DNA of 42,234 bases from Campylobacteraceae bacterium (GCA_013215915.1 JABSON010000003.1:1-42234); one strand, 5' to 3'. Shown: positions 21,341-31,468, counted from the stretch's first letter. The notes: generated from the sequence alone by a model not told the origin. Made by a program: numbers and translations.

Positions 21341-21635
21341 AGTAAGAAAATATTATTGATTTTTATATTAATATTTATTAATTTATATGCAAATTATTTT
21401 GGTGATTGACTAAATTCATATAATTAAGAAATTATAAAAAATCAAATGAACTTTGGAGAAAAGCTTGTAATTTATAAGATATTACTTCTTGTTATAATTT
21501 AGCACTTTTATATGTTAATGGTGTAGGTTTAAGACAATACTATAAGAAAGCAAGTAACTTTACTCAAAAGCTTGTACTACTAGAGATTCAATTGCTTGTA
21601 AATATTATAAAAATTTAGATGAATAAGATTATTAA
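21341..21635 (+). pseudogene. Degraded secreted Sel1-like repeat (Hcp-type) protein gene
   Basis: Manual translation across stops and frameshifts: KKILLIFILIFINLYANYFGD*LNSYN*/NYKKSNELWRKACNL*DITSCYNLALLYVNGVGLRQYYKKASN/SKACTTRDSIACKYYKNLDE*DY*. Confidence 0.8.
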
Positions 21636-21715
21636 TATACTGTAAATTCACATTAGAAGTTCAAGGTTTAAGAAGTCAAGATAGTAAGGTTATTTGATAT
21701 TAAAATAAATTAGGC

Positions 21716-21747
21716 AAAAAAAAGGGAGGAAATCGTCATTTCCTCCC
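21716..21747 (-). terminator. Intrinsic terminator, minus strand
   Basis: Minus strand GGGAGGAAAT-GACG-ATTTCCTCCC-T8. Confidence 0.85.
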
Positions 21748-21880
21748 AAAATTATAAAATAATTGAATAATACATTATATTCAATCTATCACAACTACTG
21801 TGAATTATTTGAATGTGTCTTCTTTAACAATACTAAGAATGAATAACCTCAATCATTTGCACCTCCACATTGTTTTCTTA
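21716..21880 (-). ncRNA. Candidate ~165-nt small RNA or small-ORF mRNA
   Basis: Extended -10 TGTTATAAT (21894-21886), strong terminator, no long ORF; GGAGGT SD before MIEVIHS* (21856-21833). Confidence 0.5.
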
Positions 21881-21995
21881 CTTATATTATAACATCATTC
21901 TACATTAAACTTTGCTTAACTATAAGTAAATAAATAAACTTTAACTATATTATATAATAATCTAATATATTATTTAAAAAATATAAAGGATTATT

Positions 21996-22835
21996 ATGAT
22001 TGTTTATTTAAATGGAGAGTATGGAGATGAGAAAGAAGCTTATGTTCTAACACAAGATAGAGCTTTTGTATTTGGTGATGGAGTTTATGAAGCTTTTAGA
22101 ATCTATAATAATAAAATATTTAAACTAGTTGAACATAAAAAAAGATTTCAAAGATCATTAAATGAATTAAAAATAGATTTTAAGATAAATACAGAGATTG
22201 AAGATATTTTTGAAAATTTATCAAAAATGAATAAGTATAAAAACAAAGAACAATTTTTATATATTCAAATATCAAGAGGACTTAGTAAAAGAACTCATCA
22301 TTTTTCACACCTAAAAGTAGACATTGGTATTTATGCTTTTTTAGTGGAGAAAGAGATAGATTTAAATGCATATATAAATGGTATTAGTGTTTGTACAACA
22401 GAAGATATTAGATGGGCTAGATGTGATATAAAATGTATTTCTTTAGTTGCTAATTGCCTTGCTAATGATTATGCTAAAGAAAAAGGATATGAAGAATCTT
22501 TATTTGTATTAAATGATTTAATAACAGAAGGAACTCATACAAATGTATGTTTTATAAAAGATAATATACTTTATACTCATCCTAAAACAAATAGAATATT
22601 ATCTGGAATTACAAGAGAACTTGTTTTAGCTTTATGTAAAAAGAATAATATTAAAGTAATTGAAAATGCTATTAATATTAAAAAACTTAATGAAATTGAT
22701 GAAGCTTTTTTATTAGGAACAGTTGGTGAAATAACACCTATTATTAAAATAAATGATATTTCTTTATCTTTTTCAAAACCTGGCCCTATTACAAAAAAAC
22801 TTCAAAAACTATTTAGAATAGAAACGAAAAAATAA
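21996..22835 (+). CDS. dat: D-amino-acid aminotransferase (class IV PLP)
   Basis: DRAFVFGDGVYE, YIQISRG, DIRWARCDIK, ITEG, ILSGITR. Confidence 0.85.
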   Translation: MIVYLNGEYGDEKEAYVLTQDRAFVFGDGVYEAFRIYNNKIFKLVEHKKRFQRSLNELKIDFKINTEIEDIFENLSKMNKYKNKEQFLYIQISRGLSKRTHHFSHLKVDIGIYAFLVEKEIDLNAYINGISVCTTEDIRWARCDIKCISLVANCLANDYAKEKGYEESLFVLNDLITEGTHTNVCFIKDNILYTHPKTNRILSGITRELVLALCKKNNIKVIENAINIKKLNEIDEAFLLGTVGEITPIIKINDISLSFSKPGPITKKLQKLFRIETKK

Positions 22836-22859
22836 AGAAAAATAAATTTCTTTATTTTT
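22828..22859. terminator. Bidirectional hairpin between convergent dat and symporter genes
   Basis: AAAAATAAAGAAA-N6-TTTCTTTATTTTT. Confidence 0.55.
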
Positions 22860-24213
22860 CTTGTACTGTTTCTTTAATAATGTCTTGCATTTCTTTTTCA
22901 ACATCAGAGCTAATTTCTAAATCTTCTTTTGTAATTGCTCCAGCTTTTGGATCATTAAATACACTTTCATCTAATTTACCTTCGCTTTGTGAAACAATAA
23001 CAGAAACAACAGCATCACCTGATACATTAACTGCTGTTCTAATCATATCAAGTAATCTATCAACACCTAAAATTAATCCAATACCCTCAACAGGCAAACC
23101 AACTTGTGCAAATACCATTGATAACATAATTAATCCAACACCAGGAACACCGGCCGTACCAATAGACGCTAGTACAGACATTATAATTACAGTTAAATAA
23201 CCTGAAATTCCTAATTCTACACCATAAACATTAGCAATAAATACAGTAGCAACACCTTGCATAATTGCAGTACCATCCATATTAATTGTAGCTCCAAAAG
23301 GAACAGTGAATGAACCTACTGAATTATTTACTCCAAGTTTTTTTGTAACTGTTTCAAGTGTTACTGGAATTGTTGCATTCGAACTAGAAGTAGAGAATGC
23401 AAATATTTGAGCACCTCTTAATTTTTTTAATAAAATAGAAATTTTTAAGTTTTTTGTGAAAACTTTAAATACAATCATAAGTGTTACAAATAAGTGAATT
23501 AATAAAGCAGCTACAAGTACTAAAACATATCCAGCTAAATCAGCTAAAAGTGATAATCCTAAGTCAGATATAGCTTTTGCTATTAATGCAAATACAGCAT
23601 AAGGAGCTACTGACATAATAATATTAACCATATTCATCATTGCTTCATTAATAAGTTCAATACCTTTTACAAGTTTTTTTGCTTTTTTACCTATCATTAA
23701 AATAGATATACCTAATAATATTGCAAAAAAGATAATTTGTAACATTTTTCCAAATGCTAAAGCATTTACTGCATTACTAGGAATAATATCAATTAAAACT
23801 TGACTTAAAGCAGGAGCTTCTTTACCTATAAATGTTGTAGTTGTTGTTAAATTAGCACCTTCTCCAGGTCCCACAAGTGCAGCTATTGTAATAGCCATAG
23901 CAATTGCTATGGCAGTTGTAATCATATATAATATAAAGGATTTTCCTCCGACTTTACCAAGCGTTCCAATATTACCTATTCCACAAACACCTGAAATAAG
24001 AGAGAAAAATACTAAAGGCACAACTAACATTTTTAGTGCAGTTACAAACATTTTTCCAATAATAAAAAACAGTCCATTTACAAGATATTCATTTACAAAT
24101 GAACCTGATGCATTTAACCCTGAAATGTTAATTACTAAACCTATTGTAATACCAAAAAGCATACCTAATAACACTTTTGTAGTTAAACTCATTTTACTGT
24201 TCGAATTTGACAT
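22852..24213 (-). CDS. Dicarboxylate/amino acid:cation symporter (DAACS)
   Basis: AFSTSSSNAT, GATINMDGT, GTAGVPG, DRLLDMIRTAVNVSGD. Confidence 0.95.
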   Translation of the reverse strand: MSNSNSKMSLTTKVLLGMLFGITIGLVINISGLNASGSFVNEYLVNGLFFIIGKMFVTALKMLVVPLVFFSLISGVCGIGNIGTLGKVGGKSFILYMITTAIAIAMAITIAALVGPGEGANLTTTTTFIGKEAPALSQVLIDIIPSNAVNALAFGKMLQIIFFAILLGISILMIGKKAKKLVKGIELINEAMMNMVNIIMSVAPYAVFALIAKAISDLGLSLLADLAGYVLVLVAALLIHLFVTLMIVFKVFTKNLKISILLKKLRGAQIFAFSTSSSNATIPVTLETVTKKLGVNNSVGSFTVPFGATINMDGTAIMQGVATVFIANVYGVELGISGYLTVIIMSVLASIGTAGVPGVGLIMLSMVFAQVGLPVEGIGLILGVDRLLDMIRTAVNVSGDAVVSVIVSQSEGKLDESVFNDPKAGAITKEDLEISSDVEKEMQDIIKETVQEK

Positions 24214-24283
24214 TATAGATCCTTTTTTTAAATAATAAATTATATTATTATATATAAAAGGTTAAAAGTAAGTTTATTTATTA

Positions 24284-24853
24284 TTATAAGTATTTTAATG
24301 ATTCTATATGCATCTTGATGTATTGATCTTCAGACTCTTTTATATATTTATAAAAATCTACACCTTTTATATGCAATACAAATTCAAAATCTTCTTTTTT
24401 AAATTGTTCTAAATAAAAGTGAGTTTCTATAAATTTATCTTGATAAGATACAAATATTTTTTTATCAATATTCTTATTTATAAGTCCATCTTTTATAAAG
24501 TTATCACCAACTTCTAAAGCAGGGCAAGATTCATCAATATAAATGTCATTATCTATATTCGGGCTTAAAGGGTAAGTTCTACATACACTTGGTCTATTTT
24601 CATAAATTGAACACTTAGAATCTACTATATATTTGCACATTTCATATTCTTTATTTAAAATCAAACTTGCTTTTAAATATCCTAAATCTCCAAATGAAAA
24701 TAATATAAGAAAGTTTTTATAAACTTTTTCAAAATCTTCTAATAATATTTGTGAAAAGTTAGAACCATATAAACCAGAACAGCATTTAGCCCCACAAGTT
24801 TCACAAGATGAGAAAGATATGTTTTTATTTTTTATATTTTCAAAGTTTTTCAT
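24284..24853 (-). CDS. YkgJ family cysteine-cluster protein
   Basis: CETCGAKCC, CSIYENRPSVCRTYP; start MKNFE assumed. Confidence 0.85.
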   Translation of the reverse strand: MKNFENIKNKNISFSSCETCGAKCCSGLYGSNFSQILLEDFEKVYKNFLILFSFGDLGYLKASLILNKEYEMCKYIVDSKCSIYENRPSVCRTYPLSPNIDNDIYIDESCPALEVGDNFIKDGLINKNIDKKIFVSYQDKFIETHFYLEQFKKEDFEFVLHIKGVDFYKYIKESEDQYIKMHIESLKYL

Positions 24854-24964
24854 AAAGTATAATATTGTAAGTTTAATTTTAATAAGCATAAATAAAGATA
24901 AAAAGGACTTTTTTAGTATTATTTATATATAATCTGAATTAAAAAATTATAAGGTTTGTATAAT

Positions 24965-26761
24965 ATGTGTGGAATTGTAGGATATATAGGAAATAAAAAT
25001 ACTCAAAAGATTTTATTAGATGGTCTTAAAGAATTAGAATACAGAGGATATGATTCAGCTGGAATTGCTTTATTAGATAACAATAAAATAGAAGTATTTA
25101 AAGCCTTAGGAAAACTACATAATTTAACAGAAAAAGTAAATACAAACGAAGAATATCCTTTAGGAATAGGACATACTAGATGGGCAACTCATGGAAAACC
25201 TACTGAGTTAAATGCACATCCTCATATGGGAGAATACTCATATGTAGTTCATAATGGAATAATTGAAAATTATAAAGAATTAAAAGAAGAATTAATGAAA
25301 GCTGGACATAAGTTTGTATCTCAAACTGATACAGAAGTAATTGTTCATTTATTCGAATTCTTTTATAATAAAACTCCAAATGCAAAAGAAGCATTTTTAA
25401 ATACAATTGAAAAACTAGAAGGTGCTTACTCAATTTTACTTATCTCAAAAGTAGCTCCTGATAATATATTCTTCTTTAAACATGGGTCTCCTTTAATCGT
25501 AGCTCGTGGTTTAGAAGAAGGTGAAGTATTATTTTCATCTTCAGATTCTCCTTTAATTGGTTTATCTAATGAAGTAGTTTATTTAGAAGATGGTGTTGGT
25601 GGAATAGCTAACAAAGATGGAATAAACTTCTTTAATGATAATGTTACTTGGGCAGGATTACCTACTTCAAAACAATTTGCTCAAAAAGATGGATTCAGAT
25701 TCTTTATGGAAAAAGAAATCTATGAACAAAGTGATGTAGTTACTGATTCTATGATAGGAAGACTAGGTGAGAATGAAATTTTATTTGATGAATTTCCTGC
25801 TTCACTAATTGATGGAATTGAAGAGATTAAAATCTGTGCATGTGGTACCTCTTTTCACGCAGGTCTAACCGCCTCTTACCTATTCGAGAGATTAGCAAGA
25901 GTGCGATGTTCTGTTGAAATTGCATCTGAATTTAGATATAAAGATCCATTATTAAACAAAAATACTTTGTTTATTGTAATTTCACAATCTGGTGAAACAG
26001 CAGATACTCTGGAAGCTTTAAAAATGGCGAAAAAAGCCGGACTTAAGACTTTAGTAGTTTGTAATGTAGATAATAGCTCAATGACAAGAGTAGCTGATGC
26101 TACAATTCTTACTCGTGCAGGAGTTGAGAAAGGTGTTGCTTCAACAAAAGCTTTCTCAACTCAAACAGTAGTTTTATGGATGATGTCTTTATATTTTGCA
26201 AATCATAAAAATACAATTACAAATGAAAAACTAGAAGAAGAAATTAAAGCTCTAAGAGAAGTACCACAAGCTTTAGTTATTCAAGATGAAATGCATGAAA
26301 AAACTAAAAGATTATCAAAAAGATATCTTCATGGTCATGGATTTTTCTTTATTGGAAGAGATGTATTCTTCCCCTTAGCTCTTGAAGGAGCTTTAAAATT
26401 AAAAGAGATTTCATATCTACATGCAGAAGGTTACCCTGCAGGAGAAATGAAACATGGACCAATTGCTTTAGCAGACCCTGAACTGTTTACTATTGCTTTA
26501 ATGCCACAAAATCTTTTATATGATAAAATCAAATCAAATGTTGAAGAACTAAGTGCAAGAGATAGTACTATATGTTCAATTTCACCACTTGAATTTGATT
26601 TAAGTGATGATTTTATTAGAACAAAAAAAACTAATCATTATATGTTAGAGTTTTTTGAAATGTTAGTTGCTTTACAGTTATTATCAATGGAAATATCTGT
26701 AAGATTAGGTAATGATGTTGATATGCCAAGAAACTTGGCTAAATCTGTTACGGTTGAGTAA
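24965..26761 (+). CDS. glmS: Glutamine--fructose-6-phosphate transaminase
   Basis: MCGIVG start, EYRGYDSAG, GHTRWATHG, PRNLAKSVTVE. Confidence 0.99.
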   Translation: MCGIVGYIGNKNTQKILLDGLKELEYRGYDSAGIALLDNNKIEVFKALGKLHNLTEKVNTNEEYPLGIGHTRWATHGKPTELNAHPHMGEYSYVVHNGIIENYKELKEELMKAGHKFVSQTDTEVIVHLFEFFYNKTPNAKEAFLNTIEKLEGAYSILLISKVAPDNIFFFKHGSPLIVARGLEEGEVLFSSSDSPLIGLSNEVVYLEDGVGGIANKDGINFFNDNVTWAGLPTSKQFAQKDGFRFFMEKEIYEQSDVVTDSMIGRLGENEILFDEFPASLIDGIEEIKICACGTSFHAGLTASYLFERLARVRCSVEIASEFRYKDPLLNKNTLFIVISQSGETADTLEALKMAKKAGLKTLVVCNVDNSSMTRVADATILTRAGVEKGVASTKAFSTQTVVLWMMSLYFANHKNTITNEKLEEEIKALREVPQALVIQDEMHEKTKRLSKRYLHGHGFFFIGRDVFFPLALEGALKLKEISYLHAEGYPAGEMKHGPIALADPELFTIALMPQNLLYDKIKSNVEELSARDSTICSISPLEFDLSDDFIRTKKTNHYMLEFFEMLVALQLLSMEISVRLGNDVDMPRNLAKSVTVE

Positions 26762-26837
26762 TCGATTATTAACATAGGTAAAATTATCGTGCTGGAGTAT
26801 TTCTTATTTTTTCTCCAGCTTATTAGAATCAAAAATA

Positions 26838-26889
26838 ATGGAAAACAAACATGGAAAACCACTAAGGAAAACAAAAATGGAAAACAAAA
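26838..26889 (+). repeat. 4 x 13-bp tandem repeat over the metK translation start
   Basis: ATGGAAAACAAAC / ATGGAAAACCACT / AAGGAAAACAAAA / ATGGAAAACAAAA. Confidence 0.8.
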
Positions 26890-28088
26890 GTCAATACTTA
26901 TTTACAAGTGAAGTAGTTGCTCCAGGACACCCCGATAAATGTGCAGACATAATTGCAGATTCAATAGTTGATAGATTAATAATTGAAGATTCTAACTCTA
27001 GAGTTGCTTCTGAAGTATTTGTTGCAGGTAAGCATATTATTATTGGTGGAGAAGTTAAATCAAATGCAAATTTAAGTAACGAAGATTATATTAAAATTGT
27101 AAAAGATGCTTTAATAAAAATCGGTTATGATGGAACAAGTTCTTTTACAAGAGAACAATGTTTACACCCTGATGATATTGAAGTACAAGTTTTATTAAAT
27201 CAACAAAGTCCTGATATTAATCAAGGTGTTGATCAAAACTCTGGCGAAATTGGTGCTGGTGATCAAGGAATTATGTTTGGTTTCGCATCTAGTGAAACTG
27301 CTGATTACATGCCTGCTGCTATTACTTATGCTAGAATGTTAAGTGATAAAGTTTATCATTATGCTTTAAATCATAATCATAAATTAGGAGTTGATATTAA
27401 AACTCAGGTTACGTTAGATTATGGAAATAAAGCAAACTTTGAGAATTGTAAACCTCAAAAAATTCATACAATTGTAGTTTCTGCTCCTTCTGTAGAATCT
27501 ATGGATATTACTGAAGTAAGAACATTAATTCAAGGTTTAATTGATGATACTGGACTTCCTACAGATTTATATGATCCTAAAGATACAATTATTCATATTA
27601 ACCCAACTGGTAGATATGTAAATCATTCATCTTTACATGATTCTGGTTTAACGGGAAGAAAACTTATTGTTGATTCATTTGGTGGTTATGCACCAATAGG
27701 TGGAGGAGCACAAAGTTCAAAAGATTATACTAAAGTTGATAGATCTGGATTATATGCAGCTAGATGGTTAGCTAAGCATATAGTTGCAGCTGGATTAGCT
27801 TTAAAATGTAATGTTCAATTATCATATGCAATTGGAGTAGCACGTCCTACTTCTTTATCTGTTGATACTTTTGGAACTTATACATCAGCAAATGATGATG
27901 TTTTATCAACATTTGTATTAGAAAACTTTGCTTTAACTCCTAAGTGGATTACTGATAAATTTGCACTTGATAAACCTAGTGCTGAAACTTTCCTTTATGC
28001 AGATGTTGCAGCACGAGGACAAGTTGGTCAAAGTGATTACCCTTGGGAAAAATTAGACGAATTAGAAAAATTCGAAGCTTTAAAATAA
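26877..28088 (+). CDS. metK: S-adenosylmethionine synthetase
   Basis: FTSEVVAPGHPDK, GAGDQG, GLTGRKLIVDSFGG, KVDRSG; start at 26877 chosen for its AAGGA SD. Confidence 0.97.
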   Translation: MENKSQYLFTSEVVAPGHPDKCADIIADSIVDRLIIEDSNSRVASEVFVAGKHIIIGGEVKSNANLSNEDYIKIVKDALIKIGYDGTSSFTREQCLHPDDIEVQVLLNQQSPDINQGVDQNSGEIGAGDQGIMFGFASSETADYMPAAITYARMLSDKVYHYALNHNHKLGVDIKTQVTLDYGNKANFENCKPQKIHTIVVSAPSVESMDITEVRTLIQGLIDDTGLPTDLYDPKDTIIHINPTGRYVNHSSLHDSGLTGRKLIVDSFGGYAPIGGGAQSSKDYTKVDRSGLYAARWLAKHIVAAGLALKCNVQLSYAIGVARPTSLSVDTFGTYTSANDDVLSTFVLENFALTPKWITDKFALDKPSAETFLYADVAARGQVGQSDYPWEKLDELEKFEALK

Positions 28089-28106
28089 ATATTATAAGGA
28101 TATACA

Positions 28107-28970
28107 ATGGATTTAAAAAACTTATTTAATAAAATTACATTTGATAGAAGTAAAAAAGAACAGCCTACAAAAAAAGATGCACCTTCACACTGGATTAAAT
28201 GTCCTGAATGTTCATCTTTAATGTTCTTTAAAGAAGTAGAAGCTCAAGACAATATTTGTCCTAAGTGTAATTTTCATATGAGAATTGGGGCAAAAAGAAG
28301 AATTGAAATTTTATGTGATGAAAATACATTTGTAGAACATGATAGTTCTTTAAAACCAGTAGATCCTTTAAATTTTGTGGATAAAAAATCTTATAAAAAA
28401 AGAATTGAAGAAGCTAAAATTAAAACAGGAAGAAATTCATCTGTAATTTCTGGAGAAGCTAAAATAAATGCTGTACCTGTTCAATTAGTTATATTTGATT
28501 TTGCTTTTATGGGTGGATCTTTAGGTTCTGTTGAAGGTGAAAAAATTGTTCGTGCAATTAATAGATCAATTGAAAAGAATCAAGGTTTAATTATTATTTC
28601 TGCATCTGGTGGAGCTCGTATGCAAGAGAGTACTTTCGCTTTAATGCAAATGGCTAAAACTTCAGCAGCTCTAAAAAAATTAGATTCTGCAAAACTACCT
28701 TTCATTTCTGTATTAACTGATCCTACTTTTGGAGGCGTTTCTGCTTCTTTTGCATTCTTAGGTGATATTATTATGGCTGAACCAGGTGCTTTAATTGGTT
28801 TTGCAGGTTCAAGAGTTATTAAACAAACTATTGGAGCTGATTTACCAGATGGTTTCCAGCGAGCTGAATTTTTACTTAAAAAAGGTTCAATTGACATGGT
28901 TGTAAATCGTGCGGATATGAAAAAAACTTTAAGTGATTTGTTAACAATATTTTATTCAAAAGCTAGTTAA
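28107..28970 (+). CDS. accD: Acetyl-CoA carboxylase carboxyltransferase beta subunit
   Basis: WIKCPEC...CPKC, FMGGSLG, SGGARMQE. Confidence 0.97.
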   Translation: MDLKNLFNKITFDRSKKEQPTKKDAPSHWIKCPECSSLMFFKEVEAQDNICPKCNFHMRIGAKRRIEILCDENTFVEHDSSLKPVDPLNFVDKKSYKKRIEEAKIKTGRNSSVISGEAKINAVPVQLVIFDFAFMGGSLGSVEGEKIVRAINRSIEKNQGLIIISASGGARMQESTFALMQMAKTSAALKKLDSAKLPFISVLTDPTFGGVSASFAFLGDIIMAEPGALIGFAGSRVIKQTIGADLPDGFQRAEFLLKKGSIDMVVNRADMKKTLSDLLTIFYSKAS

Positions 28971-29581
28971 TGTTAAAAACAAATTTTGAAGAAGTATTAG
29001 GTTTTTCACCTTTTACTTCTTCTAATTCTCTATATGCCCTGTGTGATTTCGAAACTCTAGTGAAAAAAAACTTATCTCTTTATGATTTTATTCTTTTATG
29101 TAAAAAAAATTCTGTTAAAATATTACAATATAGAGATAAAATATCTCCAAATTATCTTCAAATAAAACATTTAAAGATATTAAAAGATGAATTAAATATT
29201 CCAATTATTATTAATGATAAAATTGATTTAATTAAATATTGTGATGGTTTACATTTAGGGCAAGAAGATTTAATTAAAATTAATCATAATAAAATTATTG
29301 CAATTAAATTAATTAGAGCAAGAATTAAAAATAAGCTCTTAGGACTCTCAACTCATAACGAAATAGAGATATTAGAAGCAAATACACTTGATATTGATAT
29401 GATTGGTTTAGGAGCTTATAGAGCTACTCAGACAAAAGATATAGATAATATTTTAGGTGAGAATATTTCATACCTGGCAAAAATGTCAAAACACCCAGTT
29501 TGTATTATTGGTGGGGTTAAAAAAGACGATTTAGTAAATAATGCAAATTTTAATGTAGTAGGAAGTGATTTATATGAGTAA
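28970..29581 (+). CDS. thiE: Thiamine-phosphate synthase-like protein
   Basis: LQYRDK, IIND, DGLHLGQED, GLSTH, IGGV. Confidence 0.75.
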   Translation: MLKTNFEEVLGFSPFTSSNSLYALCDFETLVKKNLSLYDFILLCKKNSVKILQYRDKISPNYLQIKHLKILKDELNIPIIINDKIDLIKYCDGLHLGQEDLIKINHNKIIAIKLIRARIKNKLLGLSTHNEIEILEANTLDIDMIGLGAYRATQTKDIDNILGENISYLAKMSKHPVCIIGGVKKDDLVNNANFNVVGSDLYE

Positions 29582-30035
29582 AATTAATATTTACCAAATA
29601 GCAAAAAATTCAAAAGATGATTATGAACCAATAATCAAAGATTTTATAAAAATGTCTTCAAAATATTCAAAAGTTCAGATATTTAATTTATTTAATAAAC
29701 AAATAGGAAAAGCTCAAACAATTTCAGACCTTGAAGCAAAAAAATCATATTCTGAAGTTTTTGAACCTCATTTATCAAGTGGATATAATATTGCTTTAGA
29801 TGTCTTAGGATCTAAAATTGATAGCTTTGAGTTTGCTGAAATTATCTCAAAACACTCAACTATTAACTTTTTTATTGGTGGAGCTTACGGATTTGAAAAA
29901 GAATTTTTGCATAAATGTGATAAAAAAATATCTCTTTCAGAGCTGACTATGGCGCATAAAATTGCAAATATAATGCTTTTGGAACAAGTTTTTAGAAGTT
30001 TATGCATAATTAATAATCATCCGTATCATAAATAA
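29574..30035 (+). CDS. rlmH: 23S rRNA m3Psi1915 methyltransferase
   Basis: FFIGGAYG, SLSELTMAH, LLEQVFR, HPYHK. Confidence 0.93.
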   Translation: MSKINIYQIAKNSKDDYEPIIKDFIKMSSKYSKVQIFNLFNKQIGKAQTISDLEAKKSYSEVFEPHLSSGYNIALDVLGSKIDSFEFAEIISKHSTINFFIGGAYGFEKEFLHKCDKKISLSELTMAHKIANIMLLEQVFRSLCIINNHPYHK

Positions 30036-30084
30036 TTAATATTAAGTTTAGTATAATACGCAAAATTTAAAAACGAGGTATACT

Positions 30085-30444
30085 TTGGCTAATAAAAAAC
30101 ATATCGAAGAGTTAAGACTTACTCTTCTAGAAAAAAAAGAATTAATAATCAATAATATCAACGATAGTAGAGATAGTATTAATTCATTAAAGAATTCTGA
30201 ATGTAATGATGAATTTGATTATGCAGAAGTATCAAGTGATTCATTTAAAGAAGGTATAATTGCAGATCAACAAATTGCTGAACTTAAAGAAATAGAAGAA
30301 GCTTTAAAAAGAGTACAAATTGGTACTTATGGTATTTGTGATATGTGTGATGAAGTTATTGCACTTGGTAGACTAAGAGCTAAACCATTTGCAAAATTTT
30401 GTACTCCTTGTAGAGAGATATATGAGGAAGAAAATCAAAAATAA
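30085..30444 (+). CDS. dksA: RNA polymerase-binding protein DksA
   Basis: DEFD, GTYGICDMC, RLRAKPFAKFCTPC. Confidence 0.92.
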   Translation: MANKKHIEELRLTLLEKKELIINNINDSRDSINSLKNSECNDEFDYAEVSSDSFKEGIIADQQIAELKEIEEALKRVQIGTYGICDMCDEVIALGRLRAKPFAKFCTPCREIYEEENQK

Positions 30445-30454
30445 AGGATAAAAT

Positions 30455-31468
30455 ATGGGACTAAAGAAATATATAATTTCTTCAATATTATTAATAATCA
30501 TTATAGCAGGTTATGTTTTTTCGCTGGAGGCTAATGATTATACTATTGTAATATTGGATAATACATTTACATTTCCTATTGCTGTTTGGGCAATTATCCC
30601 AGTTGTTATTCTATTTGTTGCATCGATATTTCATATGCTGTTTTATGGGTTTAGAACTTTTCTAAATTCTAGAGCAGTTGAAAAAGATGAAAAAAATATT
30701 GTAAATTTATTAAAAGAAACATTATTAGAAAATCAAAACAAGATTAAGTTTAAAACTAAAACTTTTATTGATTTATCTAGTATTTTGTCTCAACTTACTT
30801 TTGATGTAAAAAATGACTTTGATTCAAAAGATAAAGATTTAAATGAAATTATTTCATTAATTTCTAAAGTTAATGCAGGTGAATCTGTTTCTTTAAAAAA
30901 TTATAAGTTTAATAAACAAGGTTCAATTGTAAAAAAGAATTTAATTAATAAAATTAATTCGGAAGTTGATTATGCACTTGATGTTATTAAAAAATCTGAT
31001 ACTTTCTCTTCCGATATTGTAAAAGTTGCTTTTTTACATGTTTTAAAAGAAAAATCAATGACTACAATTAATAAAATTTTATCTTATGTAAATCTAGATA
31101 AAGAAATGACTCTATCTTTATTTGAAAAAGATAAAGAAAATGCTGATTTTTCTATTGGATTTGAAAATATCAAAAAATATGCAAAAGAAGCTAATTTAGA
31201 TAAAAAAGAATATATTTCTTTGTTTAAACTATATAAAGATACTTTTACTCCTGATGAGTTAATTAAACTTTATGAAGAATTGTCTTGTGAAGATGAAAAT
31301 TCAAGTGAAGCCTATTTATATATTTTATTTGAATTTGAAATGATTGATACTTTAAGAGAAGTATTAGATGCTACAAGCGACAAAGATTTTAAAGCCTTTA
31401 GAGCTTTATTAGATTTAAAAGACAATTCAAAACACTATACTTTAGAAACAATTAGCTATAATATTTAA
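30455..31468 (+). CDS. Hypothetical membrane protein (two N-terminal TM segments, helical soluble domain)
   Basis: 337-aa ORF with AAGGA SD, operonic position. Confidence 0.7.
   Translation: MGLKKYIISSILLIIIIAGYVFSLEANDYTIVILDNTFTFPIAVWAIIPVVILFVASIFHMLFYGFRTFLNSRAVEKDEKNIVNLLKETLLENQNKIKFKTKTFIDLSSILSQLTFDVKNDFDSKDKDLNEIISLISKVNAGESVSLKNYKFNKQGSIVKKNLINKINSEVDYALDVIKKSDTFSSDIVKVAFLHVLKEKSMTTINKILSYVNLDKEMTLSLFEKDKENADFSIGFENIKKYAKEANLDKKEYISLFKLYKDTFTPDELIKLYEELSCEDENSSEAYLYILFEFEMIDTLREVLDATSDKDFKAFRALLDLKDNSKHYTLETISYNI

Noticed and set aside
21072..21995. Large ORF-free gap considered as a CRISPR array, IS element or tRNA locus
   Set aside because: No regularly spaced repeats, terminal inverted repeats, transposase or cloverleaf; explained by the pseudogene and small-transcript candidate
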